A stretch of 64,000 nt of DNA from Thecamonas trahens ATCC 50062 (Eukaryota; Protista; Apusomonadida): positions 258,631 to 322,630 of the forward strand of contig NW_013657666.1 of the NCBI RefSeq assembly GCF_000142905.1, read 5' to 3'. The notes beneath the pieces were generated by a model, which worked only from the letters and a program-made list of their open reading frames with translations, was not told the DNA's origin and did no database searches. Position 1 is the first letter of the stretch. Each line of letters starts with the position of its first letter. Shown here one piece after another: positions 1 to 11,315 of this stretch. A program made the position numbers and the translations under genes.

Positions 1-3000
1 GCCTCTGATGTCGTGGGGCTGGCCGGCGATGCCGACGCCGTCGAGGCATACATGCTCGCCAACTACAACACGACCCAGGCGGCGTACATCTTCGACTTTG
101 ACAACGTGACCCATGCCAACGCGCTCCCCACCACGGGGCCGTTCTACACCCTCATGGCCAATCTCTCCATCTACGAGGACGCATGCAGCGAGACCTCGGT
201 CTCTGATCGGTTCTACAACTGTCCGCAGCCGGCCTCGCACCTAGTCCTCCCCATGCAAAAGGCGCTGCATGAAGCTACAGTCGCCGAGCTCGGTCTTGCC
301 GCGACGCCTGCCTCTTTTGACGTTGCCTACGTCCAGTTTGCGCACCCGGTCATCATCGAGTCAGACCTTCGCGCCTCGGCTGTGGTGCTGTTCCTCGTCA
401 TCGCCGCCTGCATCCCGCTTGTTATGATCACCAACGCGCTTGTTGGCGAGAAAGAAGCCAGGCTGAAGCACATGCTGGACGTCGTCGGCGTCTCGAGCCT
501 CGCCCAGTTTGTCTCGTGGTGGATGACTCTGACGCTGCTCACCTTGCTCTCAGTCGTTGTCCTCATGATTGCACTCGCCGTCTTCCAGTTCCCCATCGTC
601 GTTCGCAACGATCCCGCCCTCCTCTTTGTCCTTCTCCTCATTCACGCTTTTGCCCTCGTCTCCACCGGCTTTGCACTCGCCGCCCCGTTCAACGCGGTCA
701 AGCCGGCGCGGACAGTTGGCCAGATCTACATTGCGCTCTTTGCCATCTCGGCCTCGGCCATCGCGCTTGTTCTCGAGCTCGACAATGACGTCGCAAAGCA
801 GTGGCGCCCCATCCTCAACTTTGTCCCGCCGGCCATGCTCGCCAAAGGCATCAACGACCTCGCGACCGCCGCCATGCAGCGCTCAACCACCTCGGGCCTC
901 TCGTGGGCTGATCGCACCTCCAACGCCACGTACTACCCGCTTGCAGACGTCTACGGCTGGCTCGTCCTCGACACCTTCCTCTACCTCATCCTCGCCTGGT
1001 TCCTCGCCAACGTTACGCCTGACGTCATCGGCGCACGCCGCCCGCCCTGGTTCTTCCTCACCCGCGAGTACTGGGGCTGTGGCGCGTCCACGCGCGTCGA
1101 CAGCCGCAGCCTCGAGCCGCCGTCGCTCGACTCGGACGCCGACTCGGACGTCGAGCGGCTTGCCGGTACCATCGTTCATGAGCCCGCGCCCGGATCGCTC
1201 CACGCCATCGGCATCTCCCGAGTCTTCCGCTCGATGTACGAGACCCTCACCTGCGCTTCTGGCTTCACCGCCGTCCACTCGGTCTCGCTCGAACTTCGGC
1301 CGAACCGTTGTTTTGCCCTCCTCGGGCCCAACGGATCCGGCAAGTCGACAACCATCAACATGCTCACTGGCGCCCTGGCCGCAACATCGGGCATCGTTGC
1401 CCTCGACGGCGTCGTTCTCTCGGAAGCCTCGCTCGTTTCCATCCGGCGCGCCCTCGGCGTCGCCCCGCAGTTTGACGTCGTGTGGGACCATCTCTCGGCC
1501 GCCGAAAACGTAGCCTTCTTTGCCCGCCTCAAGGGCGTACCCGAGTCAGCCGTCGCCGACGAGGTTGAGGAACGGTTGACCGAGGTCGAGCTTTGGGATC
1601 ACGCTAGCAGGCCCGTCGGTGGCTTTTCCGGCGGCATGCGCCGTCGCCTCTCGGTGGCTATGGCCCTCACCGGCTCGCCGCAAGTTGTGCTTCTCGACGA
1701 GCCATCGTCAGGTCTCGATCCGGTCTCGCGCCGAAAGCTCTGGGATGTCATCCAGCGCGCCTCGCTTGTCCCTGGCCGCATCGTCCTCCTCACCACCCAC
1801 TCGATGGAAGAGGCCGACGTGCTCGCCGACGACGTCGCCATTCTCGTCAACGGCCACCTCCGGGCCCTCGGCTCGCCGCTCCATCTCAAAACCAAGTTTG
1901 GTGAGGGCTATCGCGTCAAAATCGCTTGCCGCTCCAGCGACCGTGCCACGCTCCTTGCTGACCTCACCGCGGCGTGGCCCAAGTTTGTTCCACGCGCTGA
2001 TGGCGACCAGAACATCATTCTGGTTGTCTCGGCCCGCGCACGCGGCAAGCTCCTCCGTTTGCTCGAAGATCTCGAAGCCCGCGACGAGGTCCACGACGTG
2101 GCGCTCTCGCTCACCACTCTCGATGACGTCTTTCTCGACATTGCTGGCAAGTACCTCGATCCCGACCAGCTCCCCGACGCCACGCCGCTCGATGCCATGT
2201 CGGACGCTTCTGGTACCGAGTCGAGTGGCAATGAGTCGAGCACCGGCTCACGCTCCAAGTCGTCTTCTCGCTCGCTTTCGAGGCGCAAGACCGGTTCGGT
2301 TGCCAACCAGGCCGTGGCGCTAGGGGCCAAGACCTGGCACCTCATGCGGCGGCAGCGATCACAGCTCTGCTGCCAGATCCTCTTCCCAGCCGTCATCCTT
2401 GGCATTCTTGTTCTCATTCAGGTCCTCCTTGTCTCGTCGTCCGACTCGCTCTCTGATGTCGACCTCGATCCAAAGCCGTTCTCGCCCGCCAATCTCTTTA
2501 CCGTCCTCGCCAGTCCCGGCACCTGGCCGCATAGGCTCGGCACCGTCTTTGCTCCCACCACAAGCTACGGGTCGAGAGTAGCGCGCTCGATGCAAGGCAT
2601 CGCAGCCAACGCAAGCTTCAATCCGTTCAACTCGGTCCCGCTTGTCGCCGCTGGCTTCAAGGTTGAGACCTGGCCGAGCTACGCCGCGCTGCAGGCCGAC
2701 GCTTTTGCCTCGTGGGAGGTCCCTGCCGCGCAGTACCTCGGCGGCATTGTGTACAACTCGCTCGATCTAAGCTCGGGCTCGATGAGCGTCGACCTTCTCT
2801 TTAACCGAACCGATGAGAACAACTACCTCTCGCTCATTCCGCTCCACACGGCCTCGTTCACCTGGGCAGTCCAAGGCGCGCTCAACGCGAGCGCGCCGCT
2901 GGAGGTGCTTGTCTCGTCGACGCCGTCGCGCGGTGTCATCGACTCGGGCTTCTCCCTCATGTCGATTCTCGCGCTGCTTCTCTACCCGCTCCTGCTCTTT

Positions 3001-4938
3001 ATTCAGTTCCCGATGTACGTGGCCAACGTCGTGTACGACAAGGAGCGGAACCTCATTGCCATGATGAAGATCATGGGCCTCAAGACCTCGGTCTACTGGG
3101 CCATCAACCTTGCTATCAACTCGCTCCTCTACACTGCAGGAGTGGTGCTCCTGATTGTCCTCGGCCTCATCGCCGACATCGATTTTTTCACCGCCAATGC
3201 TGCGGGTGCCTACATCATTCTCTTCCTCCTCTTTGGCTTTGCCATGATCGGCTTTGCCGCTGCCTTCTCCACTCTCTTTGCCAAGGAGCAAGTTGCGTCG
3301 GTCGCCGCCTACGGCCTTGTCTGGCTCTCGTGGCTCACTGGCCTCATCCTGCTTGGCCAGATCGGAAGCGACGATGGCAAGCTGCGCCTCTTTTCGCTGC
3401 ATCCGTACTACGCGCTGCTCCGCGGTGTCGTTAATCTTGCAGCTGCAGCCGAGAACGGCGGCATCCGCATGGCCCAGCTCGACGAGTTCAAGCTCGACGA
3501 GATCTACGGTTTCCTTGCCGGCGAGGGTGTGGTGCTGTGGATCCTGGCCCTCTGGCTCGACGCGGTGTACCCTGCCGGCGATGGCGTGCGCAAGCCGTGG
3601 TTTTTCTTCCTCCAGCCCTCGTACTGGCGGACACACCGGGTGGCGCACTCGGACGAAGAGCGCTCGATGAGCGTGTCGTCGGTCTCGGACCTTGCCGCCA
3701 GCGACGAGGACTCGGACGTTGCCGCCGAGCGCATGGCCATGGTCTCTGCGAGCGCCTTTGACGATAACGCCATCATTCTGCGATCGCTGCGCAAGCGATT
3801 TGGCTCGTTTGATGCCGTCCGTGGCGTCTCGTTTGGTGTCCGCCGCAACGAGGTTCTTGCCCTGCTCGGGCCGTCGGGCGCGGGCAAAACGACGGTCGTC
3901 AACATGCTTGCCGGCCACCACGCCCCGAGCTCGGGAACAGCCTACGTTGACTCGCTCAACGTGGCAACGCAAATCGACGACATCCACGCCGTCCTCGGTG
4001 TCTGCCCGCAGCACGATGTCCACTGGGGCATGCTCACCGCATCGGAGCACCTTACCTTCTATGGCCGCCTCAAGGGCCTCTCGGGCTCTGCGCTGGCCAC
4101 CGAGGTCCGCGAGACCCTCGAGGCGCTCCAGCTTGCGCATGTAGCCAACAAGGCTGTCGGCTCGTTTTCAGGCGGCATGCGGAGGCGAGTCTCTCTCGGC
4201 ATGGCCATCATCGGCTCGCCACGCATCGTCATGCTCGACGAGCCGACAACCGGGCTCGATCCCGTAACCCGGCGTGGTATTTGGCGCATTATCCGCACCG
4301 CGTGTGCCCGCCGTGGCGCCACCGTTGTCCTCACCACTCACTCGATGGAGGAGGCCGAGGCTCTCGCTGATCGCGTTGCCATCATGACCGGCGGTACGCT
4401 CGCGTGCATCGGCACGACCGCTGAACTCAAGGCCAAGTTCGCATCGGGCTACCGGGTCACCGTCGCCCTCACTCCCGATGGCAAGCCTGTCCGCGCCCGC
4501 GCCGCTATCGAACGTGCGCTGCCGTCTGCCGTGTGGATGGCACACTCGCTCGGCTCGGTCCTGCACTTTGCCGTCCCCGGCGACGAGCTTCAGCTCTCGC
4601 AAGTCTTCGAGGCGGCCCAGGAGGCCGAGGCGAGCGCATCGCGCCACATCGCACACTTTGCCGTCGCACAGTCGACGCTCGAGGATGTGTTCATCAACCG
4701 CGCCGTCGCTGCCAACGGCTCTTCGCCCGCCACCGCCGCTACCAGCCGCCGTCAGCCCGGCCCGTCCTCGCCCCCGTCGTCGGCTTCGAATTCAACGTCG
4801 ACTTCGGAATCGACGCTGTCTCCCTCTAGTGGCGGATCCAAAGCAAGCACCGCCACCACCAGCTCAGGCTCTGAAGCAGAAGAGGAGGAGTACTATTCCT
4901 ACACCGAAGAATGGTACTCGTACTCGTACAACAAGTAA
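1..4938 (+). CDS. ABCA-subfamily full-size ABC transporter (5' end outside window)
   Basis: Two TMD-NBD halves. Walker A GPNGSGKST and GPSGAGKTT, signature FSGGMRRR twice, Walker B LLDEP/MLDEP, ABCA-typical EKE/DKE-M motifs and LTTHSMEEA. The frame is open from base 1. Confidence 0.95.
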   Translation, partial: ASDVVGLAGDADAVEAYMLANYNTTQAAYIFDFDNVTHANALPTTGPFYTLMANLSIYEDACSETSVSDRFYNCPQPASHLVLPMQKALHEATVAELGLAATPASFDVAYVQFAHPVIIESDLRASAVVLFLVIAACIPLVMITNALVGEKEARLKHMLDVVGVSSLAQFVSWWMTLTLLTLLSVVVLMIALAVFQFPIVVRNDPALLFVLLLIHAFALVSTGFALAAPFNAVKPARTVGQIYIALFAISASAIALVLELDNDVAKQWRPILNFVPPAMLAKGINDLATAAMQRSTTSGLSWADRTSNATYYPLADVYGWLVLDTFLYLILAWFLANVTPDVIGARRPPWFFLTREYWGCGASTRVDSRSLEPPSLDSDADSDVERLAGTIVHEPAPGSLHAIGISRVFRSMYETLTCASGFTAVHSVSLELRPNRCFALLGPNGSGKSTTINMLTGALAATSGIVALDGVVLSEASLVSIRRALGVAPQFDVVWDHLSAAENVAFFARLKGVPESAVADEVEERLTEVELWDHASRPVGGFSGGMRRRLSVAMALTGSPQVVLLDEPSSGLDPVSRRKLWDVIQRASLVPGRIVLLTTHSMEEADVLADDVAILVNGHLRALGSPLHLKTKFGEGYRVKIACRSSDRATLLADLTAAWPKFVPRADGDQNIILVVSARARGKLLRLLEDLEARDEVHDVALSLTTLDDVFLDIAGKYLDPDQLPDATPLDAMSDASGTESSGNESSTGSRSKSSSRSLSRRKTGSVANQAVALGAKTWHLMRRQRSQLCCQILFPAVILGILVLIQVLLVSSSDSLSDVDLDPKPFSPANLFTVLASPGTWPHRLGTVFAPTTSYGSRVARSMQGIAANASFNPFNSVPLVAAGFKVETWPSYAALQADAFASWEVPAAQYLGGIVYNSLDLSSGSMSVDLLFNRTDENNYLSLIPLHTASFTWAVQGALNASAPLEVLVSSTPSRGVIDSGFSLMSILALLLYPLLLFIQFPMYVANVVYDKERNLIAMMKIMGLKTSVYWAINLAINSLLYTAGVVLLIVLGLIADIDFFTANAAGAYIILFLLFGFAMIGFAAAFSTLFAKEQVASVAAYGLVWLSWLTGLILLGQIGSDDGKLRLFSLHPYYALLRGVVNLAAAAENGGIRMAQLDEFKLDEIYGFLAGEGVVLWILALWLDAVYPAGDGVRKPWFFFLQPSYWRTHRVAHSDEERSMSVSSVSDLAASDEDSDVAAERMAMVSASAFDDNAIILRSLRKRFGSFDAVRGVSFGVRRNEVLALLGPSGAGKTTVVNMLAGHHAPSSGTAYVDSLNVATQIDDIHAVLGVCPQHDVHWGMLTASEHLTFYGRLKGLSGSALATEVRETLEALQLAHVANKAVGSFSGGMRRRVSLGMAIIGSPRIVMLDEPTTGLDPVTRRGIWRIIRTACARRGATVVLTTHSMEEAEALADRVAIMTGGTLACIGTTAELKAKFASGYRVTVALTPDGKPVRARAAIERALPSAVWMAHSLGSVLHFAVPGDELQLSQVFEAAQEAEASASRHIAHFAVAQSTLEDVFINRAVAANGSSPATAATSRRQPGPSSPPSSASNSTSTSESTLSPSSGGSKASTATTSSGSEAEEEEYYSYTEEWYSYSYNK

Positions 4939-5099
4939 ACTCCAGATCTGTGCAAAGGAGAGCCACAGGTCGGGCCAATCAGCCACTTTTGCCATCGGGC
5001 CACAGCTTCAGGCCAGCAGCGGGCCATTGCCCCTCGCTCTTTCAGCCGATGTTCCGTCCCATCTTCCACCCCTCTCCCCCCCTTCCTCTCCACATCACC

Positions 5100-6406
5100 A
5101 TGGAGTACACTGGCGTCGGAGCTGCCGGCCCTGCCGCGTCTACCGCCGACAAGACTGCGGCTGACTACTACTTTGACTCGTACGTGATCCTATCAAGCGG
5201 GCGGTTCCCCCGGTGCCCTTCCCCCCCCCCCCCCCCCTTGCGAGGTGGATGCCTGCCCATCAGGATGGGGCAGTTTGCGGGCCAATTCCGGGGTGAGGGT
5301 GGGGGGGAGGGAGGGGGATGGAGGTTCTGAAGTCGGGTAGCAGACTTGGTCTGCAGCTCGAAGGAGGGGGGGGGGGAGGACGGAAGGGGGGAGGGAGAGG
5401 CGCTGCTCACGGAAGAAGGACGGCGGTGTGTGTGCGGTGCGTGTGCAGGTACGCCCACCATGGGATCCACGAGGAGATGCTCAAGGATACGGTGCGGACC
5501 GAGTCGTACCGCGACGCGATTCTCAAGAACCCGCATCTGCTGAAGGACAAGGTTGTGATGGATGTCGGGTGCGGCACGGGCATTCTTTCGATGTTCTGCG
5601 CACAGGCCGGAGCCAAGCATGTGTACGCCATGGAGTGCTCGGCCATTGTGGAGCAGGCGCGCAAGATCGCCGCCGCCAACGGGTTCGGCGACAAGATCAC
5701 CTTTATTCAGGGCAAGGTCGAGGAGGTCGAGCTGCCCGACGGAGTCGAGCAGATTGACGTCATTGTCTCCGAGTGGATGGGCTACTTTTTGCTCTACGAG
5801 TCGATGCTCAACACGGTCATCTTTGCCCGCGACAAGTGGCTTGCGCCCGACGGCGTCATCCTCCCGGACAAGGCCATCATGTACATTGCCGCGCTCGAGG
5901 ACGGTGAGTACAAGCGCGAGAAGCTCGACTTTTGGAACAACGTGTACGGCTTTGACATGTCGTGCATCCGCGAGCTCGCGCTCGTCGAGCCGCTCGTCGA
6001 CACGGTCGACCCGGCCGCGGTCGTCACCGAGGCCTTCCCCTTCAAGGTCCTCGACATGAAGACCGTGACCGTCGACGACCTCACCTTCTCCGCAGACTTT
6101 GCTCTCAAGGTCACCCGCGACGACTACTGCCACGGCTTTGTCTCGTGGTTCGACTGCGAGTTCTCCTCGTGCCACAAGCCGGTTGCCTTCTCCACCGGCC
6201 CGGACGCGCCCTACACCCACTGGAAGTCGACCGTCCTCTATGCCAACGCTGGCGAGATCATGGTCTCGACCGGAGAGATCATCACCGGCACCGTCTCGGT
6301 CGCGCCCAACGCGACTAACCCGCGCGACCTCGACATTGCCCTCTCCTTTGAGCACAAGGGCCGCTACCAGGAGACCGTCGAGACCATGGAGTACAAGATG
6401 CGCTGA
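5100..6406 (+). CDS. PRMT1: Type I protein arginine N-methyltransferase (PRMT1-like); intron 5180-5448
   Basis: Spliced DYYFDSYAHHGIHEEMLKD, SAM motif VMDVGCGTG, double-E loop SEWMGYFLLYESM, THW loop. Intron is GTACGT...CAG. Confidence 0.93.
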
Positions 6407-6473
6407 GTTGAGTGCACGACCTACGCGACATAAAATGGAAACACAAAGAAGAGGAAGAGTGAGCTCCCAGCAC

Positions 6474-7610
6474 TCACGCAACCTTGTCCGAGCTGCGATG
6501 CTCGATCGCCGCATGTTCGTCATTGTGCAGACTGTCTGCCCAGCCCGAGATGGCGGCGGCGGCGGTGTGCGAGGCGTTCGCCGCCTGGTTGTCGTATGCA
6601 GTGACCGACGCGCCCGGGACAGCGAGGTGAGTCTCGGACGCGACGCTGCCGTGCAGCGGGTGCGGCGGGGCGTCGAGTCGGTGGCGGGTCGCGCCGTACG
6701 TCCAATCGGTGATCTGGCGAGTGATGGCGTCGACGTCGAGAATGGTCGAGTGGAGGATGCGGGTCATGGGCACGGTCTCGTGAACGTGCAGAAAGTCGAG
6801 GTACGGCTCCTCCATGTGGACCGAGACGGCCCAGATGCCAAACATGGTGAAGGAGACAAAGGCCGAGACAACAGGTGTGGCCCAGCCGTAGTCTTCGACA
6901 AAGGCCATGGGCACCGTAAAGACGTAGAAGCAGAGCGAGACAAAGAAGATCTGAGCGTAGCAAAACGGCAGCGGCATGGCCTTGACCTTGGTGCACGCCA
7001 CAAACTCGGAGGTCATACTCTCCATGTACGCCATGATGTGCAGGTACTCACGCTCCGAGATAAAGGCCTTGGACTTGAGGACGGCGACCTCGATGGACAT
7101 CCAGCCGACGACCAACAGCGGCCGACGCTTGCGAGTCGCCAGGTACGTCAGCTCGTCGGGAGAGACGAGGGTGTGGACGAGCGAGCCGGGTGTGGTGATA
7201 TCGACCTCGCTCCGCAGGTGCATCATGACCAGGACCATAAAGAGCTTGGCGTAGCGAGTGAACCGCCCGACAAGGGCGTCGTCCTCGCCCACAGCGAGCA
7301 GCGCCACCTCGCGTGTCACGTTGCGGACGACTTTGCCGAGCGCGCCGAGCTGCGAGAAGCCCTCGGTATACCGCTGATACGAGATGCTTGTCCGCATGAC
7401 CAGCAGGAAGCCAAGGACAAAGCCAAAGGCCCTATGGGCAGAGTTGGGCACCGAGAGCGAGGCATCGGTTGTCTTGACCAGCACCGTCCAGAAGACCGAC
7501 AAGCCGACCGCCGCCACCATTTGCGGGAGGATGGAGAAGAGGATGGACTCGTGCCGCGGAAGCCATTGGTACAGCACCTGGTACCAGTTCTGCAGCTTGT
7601 GCGGCCTCAT
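6474..7610 (-). CDS. Bestrophin-family (UPF0187/RFP-TM-type) anion channel
   Basis: GFVLGFLLVMRTSISYQRYTEG, KVKAMPLPFCY and MEEPY patterns; four hydrophobic segments. Confidence 0.75.
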   Translation of the reverse strand: MRPHKLQNWYQVLYQWLPRHESILFSILPQMVAAVGLSVFWTVLVKTTDASLSVPNSAHRAFGFVLGFLLVMRTSISYQRYTEGFSQLGALGKVVRNVTREVALLAVGEDDALVGRFTRYAKLFMVLVMMHLRSEVDITTPGSLVHTLVSPDELTYLATRKRRPLLVVGWMSIEVAVLKSKAFISEREYLHIMAYMESMTSEFVACTKVKAMPLPFCYAQIFFVSLCFYVFTVPMAFVEDYGWATPVVSAFVSFTMFGIWAVSVHMEEPYLDFLHVHETVPMTRILHSTILDVDAITRQITDWTYGATRHRLDAPPHPLHGSVASETHLAVPGASVTAYDNQAANASHTAAAAISGWADSLHNDEHAAIEHRSSDKVA

Positions 7611-7831
7611 CCCTACCTACTGCTGTGTCACGCCTGCCTTGCGTCACGTCTTGCCGCTTGTCGTCTTGCCCGCCGGCACCTCTCGCGCCCGCCACACCCG
7701 GCGCCCGCAGCGCCACTCGCCACTCGCCACTCGCCACGAGGACCCGTCCTCCGCTAGGCTACAGGCTACATGCATCATGGGTACAGGTGGTTGGTTTAAC
7801 ACTAGTAAACATCAACTGTGTGCGTCAGGAC

Positions 7832-9610
7832 TTACTTGCGCCGCCGCCGTGACCGGTCGCTGCTGCGATCACGGTCGCTGCCACGAGCCTGCGACGACGG
7901 CGGCGGCAGCGAGCGCTCGAGCGACTTGGAGAGTGTCTCCTCGCGCTCGAGCTGGTCTTTGAACCGCGAGAGGCGGCCGGAGAGCGCGCGGATGATGCGC
8001 ATTTTGGACTCGAGCAGACCGTCGAGCTGGGCCACATACTCGTCGACGACCGAGCCGGGCTGGTCGACCGAGTGCAGGAGCCGCATCTCCTGCTTGACCA
8101 CCTCCATCATGTCATCGATTTGCTGGCGATGGGCAAGGATGAGGTCCTCCTTCTCTTGCAGGATCTGCGAGACGAGCTCGGCGTGGGTGTCGACGAGCTC
8201 CTCCACGTCGTGCGGTGGGCGGGCAGACGCGACGGCCGACGACGACGCCGCAGGCGCGCCACCGCCCGCCGACGTCCGTGCGACGGCGCCCTTGCCGGCG
8301 ACCGCCCGCCGCCCGCCGCCGGCTCCGCTCGAGCCACTGCCGCCGCCGCCCTTGCCGGAAGTGTACGGGTAGGTGGAGCGGTCGGCCGAGGGGCCCGATG
8401 GCCCGCCGCCCTTGGAGCGCAGCTCCTTGACGCGGTCAGCGTAGCGGAGCGTGTTGAGCGTGTTCTCGGCAGCATAGTTGGTGGGCGAGACAGTGGCAAT
8501 CATGACCGTCCGCGACGTCGAGCCGACAAACGAGTCCTTGAGCACCTGGGTGAGCTTGGACTGGCGGAACGGCGTGTGGACCTTTTCCATGTCGAGCGCG
8601 CGGATACACTCCTTGAGAGCCAGCAGTGACTTATTGATCTCGGCGCCCTCCATCCGGCGGCGGCGGTCGTTATTGGTGGTGTCTGCGGCGCGCTCCGAGC
8701 CGGCCAAGTCGATGAACGAGAGCTTGCCAACCGGCCGCTGGCCGTCGGGCGGCCCGGCCTTGAGCACAATCTGCAGGATGGCGTGCGAGCGAGACGAGTC
8801 GGCGTTGACGCCTGTTGCGCCCGTCGACCGCACCGCGTTGCCGTACGCCATTAGCTCAAGGAACTCGTCGACCGACTGCACTTCGTTCTCGTTGAGGCCG
8901 ACAATAACGACCCGCCGCTTGGCGTCCTCGCGCGCCACGAGCTTCTTGCGGTCGTTGAGCAAGTCGTACAGCACGCCGCCGTAGATCTCAAAAAACGAGA
9001 TCCAGAGGGTGTACTCGGACTTGGCCCGTGCCCCGCGGCTCTCAAGCTGAGCAAAAATGTCCTCGGCAGCGAGCATGTAAAGGCCGTCGTTGTTGGTGCC
9101 GGACATGGTGTAGGTCTTGCCTGACCCGGTCTGGCCGTAGGCAAAGCACGTCGCCTTTCCGCCGCCAAACATGGTCTTGACCAGCGGCTTGGCCGTCCGC
9201 GCGTACACGTCGGCGTTGGACGCGCCCTCGTAGAAGACCTCGTCGAAGCGGAACTCGTGATCCTCGATGTACTTGGTCATGTCAACCTTGACCTTGGGCT
9301 CGTGCACCACCACCACAGACTCGGACTCGAGCACAGACACAATGTCCTTCTCGCCGCGGCCCTCCTCGCCGCGGTTCATGGGCCGCTTGCGGACGCAGAC
9401 CGAGATGCGCGAGCCGACCGAGCCGCCGCCACTCCCGCCGCTCCCGCCGTCATCGCCACCACCACCACCATTCCCGCCACCGCGCCTTCCTCCATCCTCA
9501 CCACCAGCACGTCCCGACCTGCGGCTGGAGCTGCCACCGCTCCCGCGCTCCTCGCGCTCCCTATGCCGAGCCGACAGCGACTGTCGCGCCCGGTGCCTGC
9601 CCGACGACAT
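7832..9610 (-). CDS. Kinesin-13 family (KIF2/KIF24-like) microtubule depolymerase
   Basis: RISVCVRKRP, KVKVDMTKY, P-loop GQTGSGKT, NADSSRSH, DLAGSER, HTPFRQSKLTQVLKDSF; C-terminal coiled coil. Confidence 0.95.
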   Translation of the reverse strand: MSSGRHRARQSLSARHREREERGSGGSSSRRSGRAGGEDGGRRGGGNGGGGGDDGGSGGSGGGSVGSRISVCVRKRPMNRGEEGRGEKDIVSVLESESVVVVHEPKVKVDMTKYIEDHEFRFDEVFYEGASNADVYARTAKPLVKTMFGGGKATCFAYGQTGSGKTYTMSGTNNDGLYMLAAEDIFAQLESRGARAKSEYTLWISFFEIYGGVLYDLLNDRKKLVAREDAKRRVVIVGLNENEVQSVDEFLELMAYGNAVRSTGATGVNADSSRSHAILQIVLKAGPPDGQRPVGKLSFIDLAGSERAADTTNNDRRRRMEGAEINKSLLALKECIRALDMEKVHTPFRQSKLTQVLKDSFVGSTSRTVMIATVSPTNYAAENTLNTLRYADRVKELRSKGGGPSGPSADRSTYPYTSGKGGGGSGSSGAGGGRRAVAGKGAVARTSAGGGAPAASSSAVASARPPHDVEELVDTHAELVSQILQEKEDLILAHRQQIDDMMEVVKQEMRLLHSVDQPGSVVDEYVAQLDGLLESKMRIIRALSGRLSRFKDQLEREETLSKSLERSLPPPSSQARGSDRDRSSDRSRRRRK

Positions 9611-10037
9611 GCGAGCTGGTCGGGGGGGGGGGGGGGGGGGAATAGGGGGAGAGAGAGGCTGTATGTGCTGCAGTAGTCGGTGTCTGCAAGGGTATGGGGG
9701 GGTTCACGGGGGTACCTGTGGGTGGGAGAGGTGGAGAGTGGTGGAGAGGGGGGAGGGGAGGGAGGGGAGGAGGGAGGGGGGGAAGGAGGGGAGGACAAGG
9801 GAAAGGGGCCCGGCGGGAGTGAGTGGCGCGTTCTGCCACAGGCTGGACTTGGGCATGGGCAGCCACTCGGCTGTTCGCCGCCAACCCTCTGTCCTTCAGC
9901 CACCGCCCAGCCAGCCAGCCACCCAGCCACCCACCACCACCACCACCACCCTGCCACCCCTCTTTCTCCCTCCCTCCCCTCCCCACCACCACCAACACCA
10001 ACACCACCAACACCAACACCACCACCACCACATATAC

Positions 10038-11084
10038 ATGTCCGTCAGCCCGGTGCCTTCCCCCGTAGCGGTCGCCCGTGCCACCCCCTCGGCCGCCAAC
10101 TGCATGGCTGCCCTCGCCCACATCCGTCGCCACGAGCTGGCCCTCCCAGCAGACACCGTGGCCATGGCCCGGGTCGTCCTCCCCACCCTCTCCTCGGCTG
10201 CAAATGATCGTACGTGAGCAGGTGCTGCCGCAGTGCCGAGCGGTACCAGAGTGAGGGGCGTATGCAGCCCCGCATACCCCCCATCCCCCCCCCACCACAC
10301 ACACGGGCGACAGCCACTCACATCATCATCATCCGTATCCGTGGACACAGAGTGGGACGTGCTGGAGCAGGTGGCAGTCGCTGCACTGCAGACAAACGAG
10401 ATGGTGCTGGCGAGCCAGTGCATCCGGCGGCTGGCCAAGAAGTTCCGCGACTCGGATCGTGTCCGCATCCTCATCGCCATGAAGCACGAGGCCGAGGGCG
10501 ATGTCCAGGTGGCAGTGGAGATGTACAGGGAGATCATCGAGGCCAAGCCCAACTCGCCCATGGCTTACAAGCGCCTTGTTGCCGCCCACAAGGGCGCCGG
10601 CGACCTCACCGCCGCCGCCAATACCCTCGCCACCTACCTCGAGACGTACATGACCGACGCCGAGGCCTGGGCCGAGCTCGCCGAGCTCGCGCTGGAGAAC
10701 GGCAACTACGGTCGCGCCGCCTTTTGCTACGAGGAGCTCATTCTTCTCGAGCCGTACAACTACATCCACCATCTGCTGTATGCCGAGGTCATGTACACCG
10801 TCGGCACGCCCGAGAAACTCGACATCGCCCTCGCTTACTTTGCCCAGGCCGTCGAGCTCTCACCGCATGGCTCACCACGTGCCCTCACCGGCCTGCTCAT
10901 GGCTGCCGCCCGCCTCGGCGGCGCTTCCTCCACCGCTGCTGCATCCTCTGCCGAAGGCCCCAATCCGGCCGCCCTCTTCAAGCTCGCTCGCGACAAGCTC
11001 CGCCTCCTCTACACCGCCGACGCCCCGCAGATGCTGGACTCTTTCGAGACCATGATTTCCGGCCTCTCTGGCTCTGCTCAATAA
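10038..11084 (+). CDS. EMC2: ER membrane protein complex subunit 2 (TPR protein, TTC35-like); intron 10210-10350
   Basis: WDVLEQVAVAAL, F-x-D-S-x-RV, YLETYMTDAEAWAELAELxL, AAFCYEELIL match EMC2. The GTACGT...CAG intron restores the frame. Confidence 0.85.
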
Positions 11085-11315
11085 AGTCGCAACCGCACGC
11101 ATCTCGTCTTTGTGCCCACAAATCCGCCCCCCCCCCGTCTCCGCCGTCCCCCTCCCTCTCTCCCCGCCCGACCAACCGGCCTCCACCCGCCAACCACCAC
11201 CCACCCACTCGCCACACCTCTCCCGCCCCGCCACCGCAGCCACTGCAACGGCTGCCGGTCCCTCCACCCCCACCCCCACCCCCACCCCCACCCCATTCCC
11301 CCCACCCCCTCCCCC

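Noticed and set aside
9620-10030. G-rich then C-rich tracts between divergent genes (possible G-quadruplex or hairpin)
   Set aside because: Similar low-complexity tracts occur in most intergenic regions and introns here, with no precise inverted repeat.
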